DNA of 36,020 bases from assembly GCF_004010195.1 (NCBI RefSeq), contig NW_025213801.1:1-36020 (forward strand), read 5' to 3'. This stretch comes from Chiloscyllium plagiosum. Lineage: Eukaryota. Shown here piece by piece: positions 8,901 to 23,900 of the stretch; position 1 is the stretch's first letter; the number at the start of each line of letters is the position of its first letter. A model generated the notes under the pieces. That model had not been told where the DNA came from. It worked only from the letters and a program-made list of their open reading frames with translations, and searched no databases. Position numbers and translations under genes: made by a program.

Positions 8901-11900
8901 GGGACCATTGACATTGACATGGTGGGACCATGGATTGGATTTCAGTAGATTTCCAGAGTAGAATCCCAGAGAAAATATTTGAGATGAATTGCAGAAATAT
9001 AATCCCCAGGTTGATAGCAGCAATCAGGCTATCTGACTTCCTTAACCACCACCTCCTTCCACCTTTGATAGACTGTTGGGGGATGTTCTTTATGTTAGGG
9101 AATTGTCAGCTATGCTGATGGAATCATAGAATTCCTACAGTATGGAAACAGGCCATTTAGCTCAACAAGTCCATACAGACTCTCCAAAGAACATCCCCCA
9201 AAGAACATCACACTCAGACTCAGCCCCCTACCTTATAACTTTGTATTTATCATGGCTAATCAACCTAACCTACTCATCCCTGGACACTATGGCCAATTTA
9301 GTGTGACTAATTCACCTATCCTGCACATCATTGGACTGTGGGAGGAAACCGGAGTACCCGGATGAAACTCACACAGACAGAATGTGCAAACTCCACACAG
9401 ACAGTTGCCCAAGGATGGAATTGAACCCGGGTCCCTGGCACTGTGAGGCAGCTGTGCTAACCACTGAACCACCGTGCTACCACCATGATGCAAACGAGGA
9501 ATTGACACCTGGGGCAGAACAGCTATAATCTTGTAGACTGTCAGGGAGGCTTGAAGAGCTAAATAGCCTACTTCTGCTCCTATTTCTTATTTTCTTACAA
9601 TCTTCGTCAGTAGATATGTGAATTAAAGGATCCCAGGAGTGGGACCATTGACATTGACATGGTGGGACCATGGATTGGATTTCAGTAGATTTCCAGAGTA
9701 GAATCCCAGAGAAAATATTTGAGATGAATTGCAGAAATATAATCCCCAGGTTGATAGCAGCAATCAGGCTATCTGACTTCCTTAACCACCACCTCCTTCC
9801 ACCTTTGATAGACTGTTGGGGGATGTTCTTTATGTTAGGGAATTGTCAGCTATGCTGATGGAATCATAGAATTCCTACAGTATGGAAACAGGCCATTTAG
9901 CTCAACAAGTCCATACAGACTCTCCAAAGAACATCCCCCAAAGAACATCACACTCAGACTCAGCCCCCTACCTTATAACTTTGTATTTATCATGGCTAAT
10001 CAACCTAACCTACTCATCCCTGGACACTATGGCCAATTTAGTGTGACTAATTCACCTATCCTGCACATCATTGGACTGTGGGAGGAAACCGGAGTACCCG
10101 GATGAAACTCACACAGACAGAATGTGCAAACTCCACACAGACAGTTGCCCAAGGATGGAATTGAACCCGGGTCCCTGGCACTGTGAGGCAGCTGTGCTAA
10201 CCACTGAACCACCGTGCTACCACCATGATGCAAACGAGGAATTGACACCTGGGGCAGAACAGCTATAATCTTGTAGACTGTCAGGGAGGCTTGAAGAGCT
10301 AAATAGCCTACTTCTGCTCCTATTTCTTATTTTCTTACAATCTTCGTCAGTAGATATGTGAATTAAAGGATCCCAGGAGTGGGACCATTGACATTGACAT
10401 GGTGGGACCATGGATTGGATTTCAGTAGATTTCCAGAGTAGAATCCCAGAGAAAATATTTGAGATGAATTGCAGAAATATAATCCCCAGGTTGATAGCAG
10501 CAATCAGGCTATCTGACTTCCTTAACCACCACCTCCTTCCACCTTTGATAGACTGTTGGGGGATGTTCTTTATGTTAGGGAATTGTCAGCTATGCTGATG
10601 GAATCATAGAATTCCTACAGTATGGAAACAGGCCATTTAGCTCAACAAGTCCATACAGACTCTCCAAAGAACATCCCCCAAAGAACATCACACTCAGACT
10701 CAGCCCCCTACCTTATAACTTTGTATTTATCATGGCTAATCAACCTAACCTACTCATCCCTGGACACTATGGCCAATTTAGTGTGACTAATTCACCTATC
10801 CTGCACATCATTGGACTGTGGGAGGAAACCGGAGTACCCGGATGAAACTCACACAGACAGAATGTGCAAACTCCACACAGACAGTTGCCCAAGGATGGAA
10901 TTGAACCCGGGTCCCTGGCACTGTGAGGCAGCTGTGCTAACCACTGAACCACCGTGCTACCACCATGATGCAAACGAGGAATTGACACCTGGGGCAGAAC
11001 AGCTATAATCTTGTAGACTGTCAGGGAGGCTTGAAGAGCTAAATAGCCTACTTCTGCTCCTATTTCTTATTTTCTTACAATCTTCGTCAGTAGATATGTG
11101 AATTAAAGGATCCCAGGAGTGGGACCATTGACATTGACATGGTGGGACCATGGATTGGATTTCAGTAGATTTCCAGAGTAGAATCCCAGAGAAAATATTT
11201 GAGATGAATTGCAGAAATATAATCCCCAGGTTGATAGCAGCAATCAGGCTATCTGACTTCCTTAACCACCACCTCCTTCCACCTTTGATAGACTGTTGGG
11301 GGATGTTCTTTATGTTAGGGAATTGTCAGCTATGCTGATGGAATCATAGAATTCCTACAGTATGGAAACAGGCCATTTAGCTCAACAAGTCCATACAGAC
11401 TCTCCAAAGAACATCCCCCAAAGAACATCACACTCAGACTCAGCCCCCTACCTTATAACTTTGTATTTATCATGGCTAATCAACCTAACCTACTCATCCC
11501 TGGACACTATGGCCAATTTAGTGTGACTAATTCACCTATCCTGCACATCATTGGACTGTGGGAGGAAACCGGAGTACCCGGATGAAACTCACACAGACAG
11601 AATGTGCAAACTCCACACAGACAGTTGCCCAAGGATGGAATTGAACCCGGGTCCCTGGCACTGTGAGGCAGCTGTGCTAACCACTGAACCACCGTGCTAC
11701 CACCATGATGCAAACGAGGAATTGACACCTGGGGCAGAACAGCTATAATCTTGTAGACTGTCAGGGAGGCTTGAAGAGCTAAATAGCCTACTTCTGCTCC
11801 TATTTCTTATTTTCTTACAATCTTCGTCAGTAGATATGTGAATTAAAGGATCCCAGGAGTGGGACCATTGACATTGACATGGTGGGACCATGGATTGGAT

Positions 11901-14900
11901 TTCAGTAGATTTCCAGAGTAGAATCCCAGAGAAAATATTTGAGATGAATTGCAGAAATATAATCCCCAGGTTGATAGCAGCAATCAGGCTATCTGACTTC
12001 CTTAACCACCACCTCCTTCCACCTTTGATAGACTGTTGGGGGATGTTCTTTATGTTAGGGAATTGTCAGCTATGCTGATGGAATCATAGAATTCCTACAG
12101 TATGGAAACAGGCCATTTAGCTCAACAAGTCCATACAGACTCTCCAAAGAACATCCCCCAAAGAACATCACACTCAGACTCAGCCCCCTACCTTATAACT
12201 TTGTATTTATCATGGCTAATCAACCTAACCTACTCATCCCTGGACACTATGGCCAATTTAGTGTGACTAATTCACCTATCCTGCACATCATTGGACTGTG
12301 GGAGGAAACCGGAGTACCCGGATGAAACTCACACAGACAGAATGTGCAAACTCCACACAGACAGTTGCCCAAGGATGGAATTGAACCCGGGTCCCTGGCA
12401 CTGTGAGGCAGCTGTGCTAACCACTGAACCACCGTGCTACCACCATGATGCAAACGAGGAATTGACACCTGGGGCAGAACAGCTATAATCTTGTAGACTG
12501 TCAGGGAGGCTTGAAGAGCTAAATAGCCTACTTCTGCTCCTATTTCTTATTTTCTTACAATCTTCGTCAGTAGATATGTGAATTAAAGGATCCCAGGAGT
12601 GGGACCATTGACATTGACATGGTGGGACCATGGATTGGATTTCAGTAGATTTCCAGAGTAGAATCCCAGAGAAAATATTTGAGATGAATTGCAGAAATAT
12701 AATCCCCAGGTTGATAGCAGCAATCAGGCTATCTGACTTCCTTAACCACCACCTCCTTCCACCTTTGATAGACTGTTGGGGGATGTTCTTTATGTTAGGG
12801 AATTGTCAGCTATGCTGATGGAATCATAGAATTCCTACAGTATGGAAACAGGCCATTTAGCTCAACAAGTCCATACAGACTCTCCAAAGAACATCCCCCA
12901 AAGAACATCACACTCAGACTCAGCCCCCTACCTTATAACTTTGTATTTATCATGGCTAATCAACCTAACCTACTCATCCCTGGACACTATGGCCAATTTA
13001 GTGTGACTAATTCACCTATCCTGCACATCATTGGACTGTGGGAGGAAACCGGAGTACCCGGATGAAACTCACACAGACAGAATGTGCAAACTCCACACAG
13101 ACAGTTGCCCAAGGATGGAATTGAACCCGGGTCCCTGGCACTGTGAGGCAGCTGTGCTAACCACTGAACCACCGTGCTACCACCATGATGCAAACGAGGA
13201 ATTGACACCTGGGGCAGAACAGCTATAATCTTGTAGACTGTCAGGGAGGCTTGAAGAGCTAAATAGCCTACTTCTGCTCCTATTTCTTATTTTCTTACAA
13301 TCTTCGTCAGTAGATATGTGAATTAAAGGATCCCAGGAGTGGGACCATTGACATTGACATGGTGGGACCATGGATTGGATTTCAGTAGATTTCCAGAGTA
13401 GAATCCCAGAGAAAATATTTGAGATGAATTGCAGAAATATAATCCCCAGGTTGATAGCAGCAATCAGGCTATCTGACTTCCTTAACCACCACCTCCTTCC
13501 ACCTTTGATAGACTGTTGGGGGATGTTCTTTATGTTAGGGAATTGTCAGCTATGCTGATGGAATCATAGAATTCCTACAGTATGGAAACAGGCCATTTAG
13601 CTCAACAAGTCCATACAGACTCTCCAAAGAACATCCCCCAAAGAACATCACACTCAGACTCAGCCCCCTACCTTATAACTTTGTATTTATCATGGCTAAT
13701 CAACCTAACCTACTCATCCCTGGACACTATGGCCAATTTAGTGTGACTAATTCACCTATCCTGCACATCATTGGACTGTGGGAGGAAACCGGAGTACCCG
13801 GATGAAACTCACACAGACAGAATGTGCAAACTCCACACAGACAGTTGCCCAAGGATGGAATTGAACCCGGGTCCCTGGCACTGTGAGGCAGCTGTGCTAA
13901 CCACTGAACCACCGTGCTACCACCATGATGCAAACGAGGAATTGACACCTGGGGCAGAACAGCTATAATCTTGTAGACTGTCAGGGAGGCTTGAAGAGCT
14001 AAATAGCCTACTTCTGCTCCTATTTCTTATTTTCTTACAATCTTCGTCAGTAGATATGTGAATTAAAGGATCCCAGGAGTGGGACCATTGACATTGACAT
14101 GGTGGGACCATGGATTGGATTTCAGTAGATTTCCAGAGTAGAATCCCAGAGAAAATATTTGAGATGAATTGCAGAAATATAATCCCCAGGTTGATAGCAG
14201 CAATCAGGCTATCTGACTTCCTTAACCACCACCTCCTTCCACCTTTGATAGACTGTTGGGGGATGTTCTTTATGTTAGGGAATTGTCAGCTATGCTGATG
14301 GAATCATAGAATTCCTACAGTATGGAAACAGGCCATTTAGCTCAACAAGTCCATACAGACTCTCCAAAGAACATCCCCCAAAGAACATCACACTCAGACT
14401 CAGCCCCCTACCTTATAACTTTGTATTTATCATGGCTAATCAACCTAACCTACTCATCCCTGGACACTATGGCCAATTTAGTGTGACTAATTCACCTATC
14501 CTGCACATCATTGGACTGTGGGAGGAAACCGGAGTACCCGGATGAAACTCACACAGACAGAATGTGCAAACTCCACACAGACAGTTGCCCAAGGATGGAA
14601 TTGAACCCGGGTCCCTGGCACTGTGAGGCAGCTGTGCTAACCACTGAACCACCGTGCTACCACCATGATGCAAACGAGGAATTGACACCTGGGGCAGAAC
14701 AGCTATAATCTTGTAGACTGTCAGGGAGGCTTGAAGAGCTAAATAGCCTACTTCTGCTCCTATTTCTTATTTTCTTACAATCTTCGTCAGTAGATATGTG
14801 AATTAAAGGATCCCAGGAGTGGGACCATTGACATTGACATGGTGGGACCATGGATTGGATTTCAGTAGATTTCCAGAGTAGAATCCCAGAGAAAATATTT

Positions 14901-17900
14901 GAGATGAATTGCAGAAATATAATCCCCAGGTTGATAGCAGCAATCAGGCTATCTGACTTCCTTAACCACCACCTCCTTCCACCTTTGATAGACTGTTGGG
15001 GGATGTTCTTTATGTTAGGGAATTGTCAGCTATGCTGATGGAATCATAGAATTCCTACAGTATGGAAACAGGCCATTTAGCTCAACAAGTCCATACAGAC
15101 TCTCCAAAGAACATCCCCCAAAGAACATCACACTCAGACTCAGCCCCCTACCTTATAACTTTGTATTTATCATGGCTAATCAACCTAACCTACTCATCCC
15201 TGGACACTATGGCCAATTTAGTGTGACTAATTCACCTATCCTGCACATCATTGGACTGTGGGAGGAAACCGGAGTACCCGGATGAAACTCACACAGACAG
15301 AATGTGCAAACTCCACACAGACAGTTGCCCAAGGATGGAATTGAACCCGGGTCCCTGGCACTGTGAGGCAGCTGTGCTAACCACTGAACCACCGTGCTAC
15401 CACCATGATGCAAACGAGGAATTGACACCTGGGGCAGAACAGCTATAATCTTGTAGACTGTCAGGGAGGCTTGAAGAGCTAAATAGCCTACTTCTGCTCC
15501 TATTTCTTATTTTCTTACAATCTTCGTCAGTAGATATGTGAATTAAAGGATCCCAGGAGTGGGACCATTGACATTGACATGGTGGGACCATGGATTGGAT
15601 TTCAGTAGATTTCCAGAGTAGAATCCCAGAGAAAATATTTGAGATGAATTGCAGAAATATAATCCCCAGGTTGATAGCAGCAATCAGGCTATCTGACTTC
15701 CTTAACCACCACCTCCTTCCACCTTTGATAGACTGTTGGGGGATGTTCTTTATGTTAGGGAATTGTCAGCTATGCTGATGGAATCATAGAATTCCTACAG
15801 TATGGAAACAGGCCATTTAGCTCAACAAGTCCATACAGACTCTCCAAAGAACATCCCCCAAAGAACATCACACTCAGACTCAGCCCCCTACCTTATAACT
15901 TTGTATTTATCATGGCTAATCAACCTAACCTACTCATCCCTGGACACTATGGCCAATTTAGTGTGACTAATTCACCTATCCTGCACATCATTGGACTGTG
16001 GGAGGAAACCGGAGTACCCGGATGAAACTCACACAGACAGAATGTGCAAACTCCACACAGACAGTTGCCCAAGGATGGAATTGAACCCGGGTCCCTGGCA
16101 CTGTGAGGCAGCTGTGCTAACCACTGAACCACCGTGCTACCACCATGATGCAAACGAGGAATTGACACCTGGGGCAGAACAGCTATAATCTTGTAGACTG
16201 TCAGGGAGGCTTGAAGAGCTAAATAGCCTACTTCTGCTCCTATTTCTTATTTTCTTACAATCTTCGTCAGTAGATATGTGAATTAAAGGATCCCAGGAGT
16301 GGGACCATTGACATTGACATGGTGGGACCATGGATTGGATTTCAGTAGATTTCCAGAGTAGAATCCCAGAGAAAATATTTGAGATGAATTGCAGAAATAT
16401 AATCCCCAGGTTGATAGCAGCAATCAGGCTATCTGACTTCCTTAACCACCACCTCCTTCCACCTTTGATAGACTGTTGGGGGATGTTCTTTATGTTAGGG
16501 AATTGTCAGCTATGCTGATGGAATCATAGAATTCCTACAGTATGGAAACAGGCCATTTAGCTCAACAAGTCCATACAGACTCTCCAAAGAACATCCCCCA
16601 AAGAACATCACACTCAGACTCAGCCCCCTACCTTATAACTTTGTATTTATCATGGCTAATCAACCTAACCTACTCATCCCTGGACACTATGGCCAATTTA
16701 GTGTGACTAATTCACCTATCCTGCACATCATTGGACTGTGGGAGGAAACCGGAGTACCCGGATGAAACTCACACAGACAGAATGTGCAAACTCCACACAG
16801 ACAGTTGCCCAAGGATGGAATTGAACCCGGGTCCCTGGCACTGTGAGGCAGCTGTGCTAACCACTGAACCACCGTGCTACCACCATGATGCAAACGAGGA
16901 ATTGACACCTGGGGCAGAACAGCTATAATCTTGTAGACTGTCAGGGAGGCTTGAAGAGCTAAATAGCCTACTTCTGCTCCTATTTCTTATTTTCTTACAA
17001 TCTTCGTCAGTAGATATGTGAATTAAAGGATCCCAGGAGTGGGACCATTGACATTGACATGGTGGGACCATGGATTGGATTTCAGTAGATTTCCAGAGTA
17101 GAATCCCAGAGAAAATATTTGAGATGAATTGCAGAAATATAATCCCCAGGTTGATAGCAGCAATCAGGCTATCTGACTTCCTTAACCACCACCTCCTTCC
17201 ACCTTTGATAGACTGTTGGGGGATGTTCTTTATGTTAGGGAATTGTCAGCTATGCTGATGGAATCATAGAATTCCTACAGTATGGAAACAGGCCATTTAG
17301 CTCAACAAGTCCATACAGACTCTCCAAAGAACATCCCCCAAAGAACATCACACTCAGACTCAGCCCCCTACCTTATAACTTTGTATTTATCATGGCTAAT
17401 CAACCTAACCTACTCATCCCTGGACACTATGGCCAATTTAGTGTGACTAATTCACCTATCCTGCACATCATTGGACTGTGGGAGGAAACCGGAGTACCCG
17501 GATGAAACTCACACAGACAGAATGTGCAAACTCCACACAGACAGTTGCCCAAGGATGGAATTGAACCCGGGTCCCTGGCACTGTGAGGCAGCTGTGCTAA
17601 CCACTGAACCACCGTGCTACCACCATGATGCAAACGAGGAATTGACACCTGGGGCAGAACAGCTATAATCTTGTAGACTGTCAGGGAGGCTTGAAGAGCT
17701 AAATAGCCTACTTCTGCTCCTATTTCTTATTTTCTTACAATCTTCGTCAGTAGATATGTGAATTAAAGGATCCCAGGAGTGGGACCATTGACATTGACAT
17801 GGTGGGACCATGGATTGGATTTCAGTAGATTTCCAGAGTAGAATCCCAGAGAAAATATTTGAGATGAATTGCAGAAATATAATCCCCAGGTTGATAGCAG

Positions 17901-20900
17901 CAATCAGGCTATCTGACTTCCTTAACCACCACCTCCTTCCACCTTTGATAGACTGTTGGGGGATGTTCTTTATGTTAGGGAATTGTCAGCTATGCTGATG
18001 GAATCATAGAATTCCTACAGTATGGAAACAGGCCATTTAGCTCAACAAGTCCATACAGACTCTCCAAAGAACATCCCCCAAAGAACATCACACTCAGACT
18101 CAGCCCCCTACCTTATAACTTTGTATTTATCATGGCTAATCAACCTAACCTACTCATCCCTGGACACTATGGCCAATTTAGTGTGACTAATTCACCTATC
18201 CTGCACATCATTGGACTGTGGGAGGAAACCGGAGTACCCGGATGAAACTCACACAGACAGAATGTGCAAACTCCACACAGACAGTTGCCCAAGGATGGAA
18301 TTGAACCCGGGTCCCTGGCACTGTGAGGCAGCTGTGCTAACCACTGAACCACCGTGCTACCACCATGATGCAAACGAGGAATTGACACCTGGGGCAGAAC
18401 AGCTATAATCTTGTAGACTGTCAGGGAGGCTTGAAGAGCTAAATAGCCTACTTCTGCTCCTATTTCTTATTTTCTTACAATCTTCGTCAGTAGATATGTG
18501 AATTAAAGGATCCCAGGAGTGGGACCATTGACATTGACATGGTGGGACCATGGATTGGATTTCAGTAGATTTCCAGAGTAGAATCCCAGAGAAAATATTT
18601 GAGATGAATTGCAGAAATATAATCCCCAGGTTGATAGCAGCAATCAGGCTATCTGACTTCCTTAACCACCACCTCCTTCCACCTTTGATAGACTGTTGGG
18701 GGATGTTCTTTATGTTAGGGAATTGTCAGCTATGCTGATGGAATCATAGAATTCCTACAGTATGGAAACAGGCCATTTAGCTCAACAAGTCCATACAGAC
18801 TCTCCAAAGAACATCCCCCAAAGAACATCACACTCAGACTCAGCCCCCTACCTTATAACTTTGTATTTATCATGGCTAATCAACCTAACCTACTCATCCC
18901 TGGACACTATGGCCAATTTAGTGTGACTAATTCACCTATCCTGCACATCATTGGACTGTGGGAGGAAACCGGAGTACCCGGATGAAACTCACACAGACAG
19001 AATGTGCAAACTCCACACAGACAGTTGCCCAAGGATGGAATTGAACCCGGGTCCCTGGCACTGTGAGGCAGCTGTGCTAACCACTGAACCACCGTGCTAC
19101 CACCATGATGCAAACGAGGAATTGACACCTGGGGCAGAACAGCTATAATCTTGTAGACTGTCAGGGAGGCTTGAAGAGCTAAATAGCCTACTTCTGCTCC
19201 TATTTCTTATTTTCTTACAATCTTCGTCAGTAGATATGTGAATTAAAGGATCCCAGGAGTGGGACCATTGACATTGACATGGTGGGACCATGGATTGGAT
19301 TTCAGTAGATTTCCAGAGTAGAATCCCAGAGAAAATATTTGAGATGAATTGCAGAAATATAATCCCCAGGTTGATAGCAGCAATCAGGCTATCTGACTTC
19401 CTTAACCACCACCTCCTTCCACCTTTGATAGACTGTTGGGGGATGTTCTTTATGTTAGGGAATTGTCAGCTATGCTGATGGAATCATAGAATTCCTACAG
19501 TATGGAAACAGGCCATTTAGCTCAACAAGTCCATACAGACTCTCCAAAGAACATCCCCCAAAGAACATCACACTCAGACTCAGCCCCCTACCTTATAACT
19601 TTGTATTTATCATGGCTAATCAACCTAACCTACTCATCCCTGGACACTATGGCCAATTTAGTGTGACTAATTCACCTATCCTGCACATCATTGGACTGTG
19701 GGAGGAAACCGGAGTACCCGGATGAAACTCACACAGACAGAATGTGCAAACTCCACACAGACAGTTGCCCAAGGATGGAATTGAACCCGGGTCCCTGGCA
19801 CTGTGAGGCAGCTGTGCTAACCACTGAACCACCGTGCTACCACCATGATGCAAACGAGGAATTGACACCTGGGGCAGAACAGCTATAATCTTGTAGACTG
19901 TCAGGGAGGCTTGAAGAGCTAAATAGCCTACTTCTGCTCCTATTTCTTATTTTCTTACAATCTTCGTCAGTAGATATGTGAATTAAAGGATCCCAGGAGT
20001 GGGACCATTGACATTGACATGGTGGGACCATGGATTGGATTTCAGTAGATTTCCAGAGTAGAATCCCAGAGAAAATATTTGAGATGAATTGCAGAAATAT
20101 AATCCCCAGGTTGATAGCAGCAATCAGGCTATCTGACTTCCTTAACCACCACCTCCTTCCACCTTTGATAGACTGTTGGGGGATGTTCTTTATGTTAGGG
20201 AATTGTCAGCTATGCTGATGGAATCATAGAATTCCTACAGTATGGAAACAGGCCATTTAGCTCAACAAGTCCATACAGACTCTCCAAAGAACATCCCCCA
20301 AAGAACATCACACTCAGACTCAGCCCCCTACCTTATAACTTTGTATTTATCATGGCTAATCAACCTAACCTACTCATCCCTGGACACTATGGCCAATTTA
20401 GTGTGACTAATTCACCTATCCTGCACATCATTGGACTGTGGGAGGAAACCGGAGTACCCGGATGAAACTCACACAGACAGAATGTGCAAACTCCACACAG
20501 ACAGTTGCCCAAGGATGGAATTGAACCCGGGTCCCTGGCACTGTGAGGCAGCTGTGCTAACCACTGAACCACCGTGCTACCACCATGATGCAAACGAGGA
20601 ATTGACACCTGGGGCAGAACAGCTATAATCTTGTAGACTGTCAGGGAGGCTTGAAGAGCTAAATAGCCTACTTCTGCTCCTATTTCTTATTTTCTTACAA
20701 TCTTCGTCAGTAGATATGTGAATTAAAGGATCCCAGGAGTGGGACCATTGACATTGACATGGTGGGACCATGGATTGGATTTCAGTAGATTTCCAGAGTA
20801 GAATCCCAGAGAAAATATTTGAGATGAATTGCAGAAATATAATCCCCAGGTTGATAGCAGCAATCAGGCTATCTGACTTCCTTAACCACCACCTCCTTCC

Positions 20901-23900
20901 ACCTTTGATAGACTGTTGGGGGATGTTCTTTATGTTAGGGAATTGTCAGCTATGCTGATGGAATCATAGAATTCCTACAGTATGGAAACAGGCCATTTAG
21001 CTCAACAAGTCCATACAGACTCTCCAAAGAACATCCCCCAAAGAACATCACACTCAGACTCAGCCCCCTACCTTATAACTTTGTATTTATCATGGCTAAT
21101 CAACCTAACCTACTCATCCCTGGACACTATGGCCAATTTAGTGTGACTAATTCACCTATCCTGCACATCATTGGACTGTGGGAGGAAACCGGAGTACCCG
21201 GATGAAACTCACACAGACAGAATGTGCAAACTCCACACAGACAGTTGCCCAAGGATGGAATTGAACCCGGGTCCCTGGCACTGTGAGGCAGCTGTGCTAA
21301 CCACTGAACCACCGTGCTACCACCATGATGCAAACGAGGAATTGACACCTGGGGCAGAACAGCTATAATCTTGTAGACTGTCAGGGAGGCTTGAAGAGCT
21401 AAATAGCCTACTTCTGCTCCTATTTCTTATTTTCTTACAATCTTCGTCAGTAGATATGTGAATTAAAGGATCCCAGGAGTGGGACCATTGACATTGACAT
21501 GGTGGGACCATGGATTGGATTTCAGTAGATTTCCAGAGTAGAATCCCAGAGAAAATATTTGAGATGAATTGCAGAAATATAATCCCCAGGTTGATAGCAG
21601 CAATCAGGCTATCTGACTTCCTTAACCACCACCTCCTTCCACCTTTGATAGACTGTTGGGGGATGTTCTTTATGTTAGGGAATTGTCAGCTATGCTGATG
21701 GAATCATAGAATTCCTACAGTATGGAAACAGGCCATTTAGCTCAACAAGTCCATACAGACTCTCCAAAGAACATCCCCCAAAGAACATCACACTCAGACT
21801 CAGCCCCCTACCTTATAACTTTGTATTTATCATGGCTAATCAACCTAACCTACTCATCCCTGGACACTATGGCCAATTTAGTGTGACTAATTCACCTATC
21901 CTGCACATCATTGGACTGTGGGAGGAAACCGGAGTACCCGGATGAAACTCACACAGACAGAATGTGCAAACTCCACACAGACAGTTGCCCAAGGATGGAA
22001 TTGAACCCGGGTCCCTGGCACTGTGAGGCAGCTGTGCTAACCACTGAACCACCGTGCTACCACCATGATGCAAACGAGGAATTGACACCTGGGGCAGAAC
22101 AGCTATAATCTTGTAGACTGTCAGGGAGGCTTGAAGAGCTAAATAGCCTACTTCTGCTCCTATTTCTTATTTTCTTACAATCTTCGTCAGTAGATATGTG
22201 AATTAAAGGATCCCAGGAGTGGGACCATTGACATTGACATGGTGGGACCATGGATTGGATTTCAGTAGATTTCCAGAGTAGAATCCCAGAGAAAATATTT
22301 GAGATGAATTGCAGAAATATAATCCCCAGGTTGATAGCAGCAATCAGGCTATCTGACTTCCTTAACCACCACCTCCTTCCACCTTTGATAGACTGTTGGG
22401 GGATGTTCTTTATGTTAGGGAATTGTCAGCTATGCTGATGGAATCATAGAATTCCTACAGTATGGAAACAGGCCATTTAGCTCAACAAGTCCATACAGAC
22501 TCTCCAAAGAACATCCCCCAAAGAACATCACACTCAGACTCAGCCCCCTACCTTATAACTTTGTATTTATCATGGCTAATCAACCTAACCTACTCATCCC
22601 TGGACACTATGGCCAATTTAGTGTGACTAATTCACCTATCCTGCACATCATTGGACTGTGGGAGGAAACCGGAGTACCCGGATGAAACTCACACAGACAG
22701 AATGTGCAAACTCCACACAGACAGTTGCCCAAGGATGGAATTGAACCCGGGTCCCTGGCACTGTGAGGCAGCTGTGCTAACCACTGAACCACCGTGCTAC
22801 CACCATGATGCAAACGAGGAATTGACACCTGGGGCAGAACAGCTATAATCTTGTAGACTGTCAGGGAGGCTTGAAGAGCTAAATAGCCTACTTCTGCTCC
22901 TATTTCTTATTTTCTTACAATCTTCGTCAGTAGATATGTGAATTAAAGGATCCCAGGAGTGGGACCATTGACATTGACATGGTGGGACCATGGATTGGAT
23001 TTCAGTAGATTTCCAGAGTAGAATCCCAGAGAAAATATTTGAGATGAATTGCAGAAATATAATCCCCAGGTTGATAGCAGCAATCAGGCTATCTGACTTC
23101 CTTAACCACCACCTCCTTCCACCTTTGATAGACTGTTGGGGGATGTTCTTTATGTTAGGGAATTGTCAGCTATGCTGATGGAATCATAGAATTCCTACAG
23201 TATGGAAACAGGCCATTTAGCTCAACAAGTCCATACAGACTCTCCAAAGAACATCCCCCAAAGAACATCACACTCAGACTCAGCCCCCTACCTTATAACT
23301 TTGTATTTATCATGGCTAATCAACCTAACCTACTCATCCCTGGACACTATGGCCAATTTAGTGTGACTAATTCACCTATCCTGCACATCATTGGACTGTG
23401 GGAGGAAACCGGAGTACCCGGATGAAACTCACACAGACAGAATGTGCAAACTCCACACAGACAGTTGCCCAAGGATGGAATTGAACCCGGGTCCCTGGCA
23501 CTGTGAGGCAGCTGTGCTAACCACTGAACCACCGTGCTACCACCATGATGCAAACGAGGAATTGACACCTGGGGCAGAACAGCTATAATCTTGTAGACTG
23601 TCAGGGAGGCTTGAAGAGCTAAATAGCCTACTTCTGCTCCTATTTCTTATTTTCTTACAATCTTCGTCAGTAGATATGTGAATTAAAGGATCCCAGGAGT
23701 GGGACCATTGACATTGACATGGTGGGACCATGGATTGGATTTCAGTAGATTTCCAGAGTAGAATCCCAGAGAAAATATTTGAGATGAATTGCAGAAATAT
23801 AATCCCCAGGTTGATAGCAGCAATCAGGCTATCTGACTTCCTTAACCACCACCTCCTTCCACCTTTGATAGACTGTTGGGGGATGTTCTTTATGTTAGGG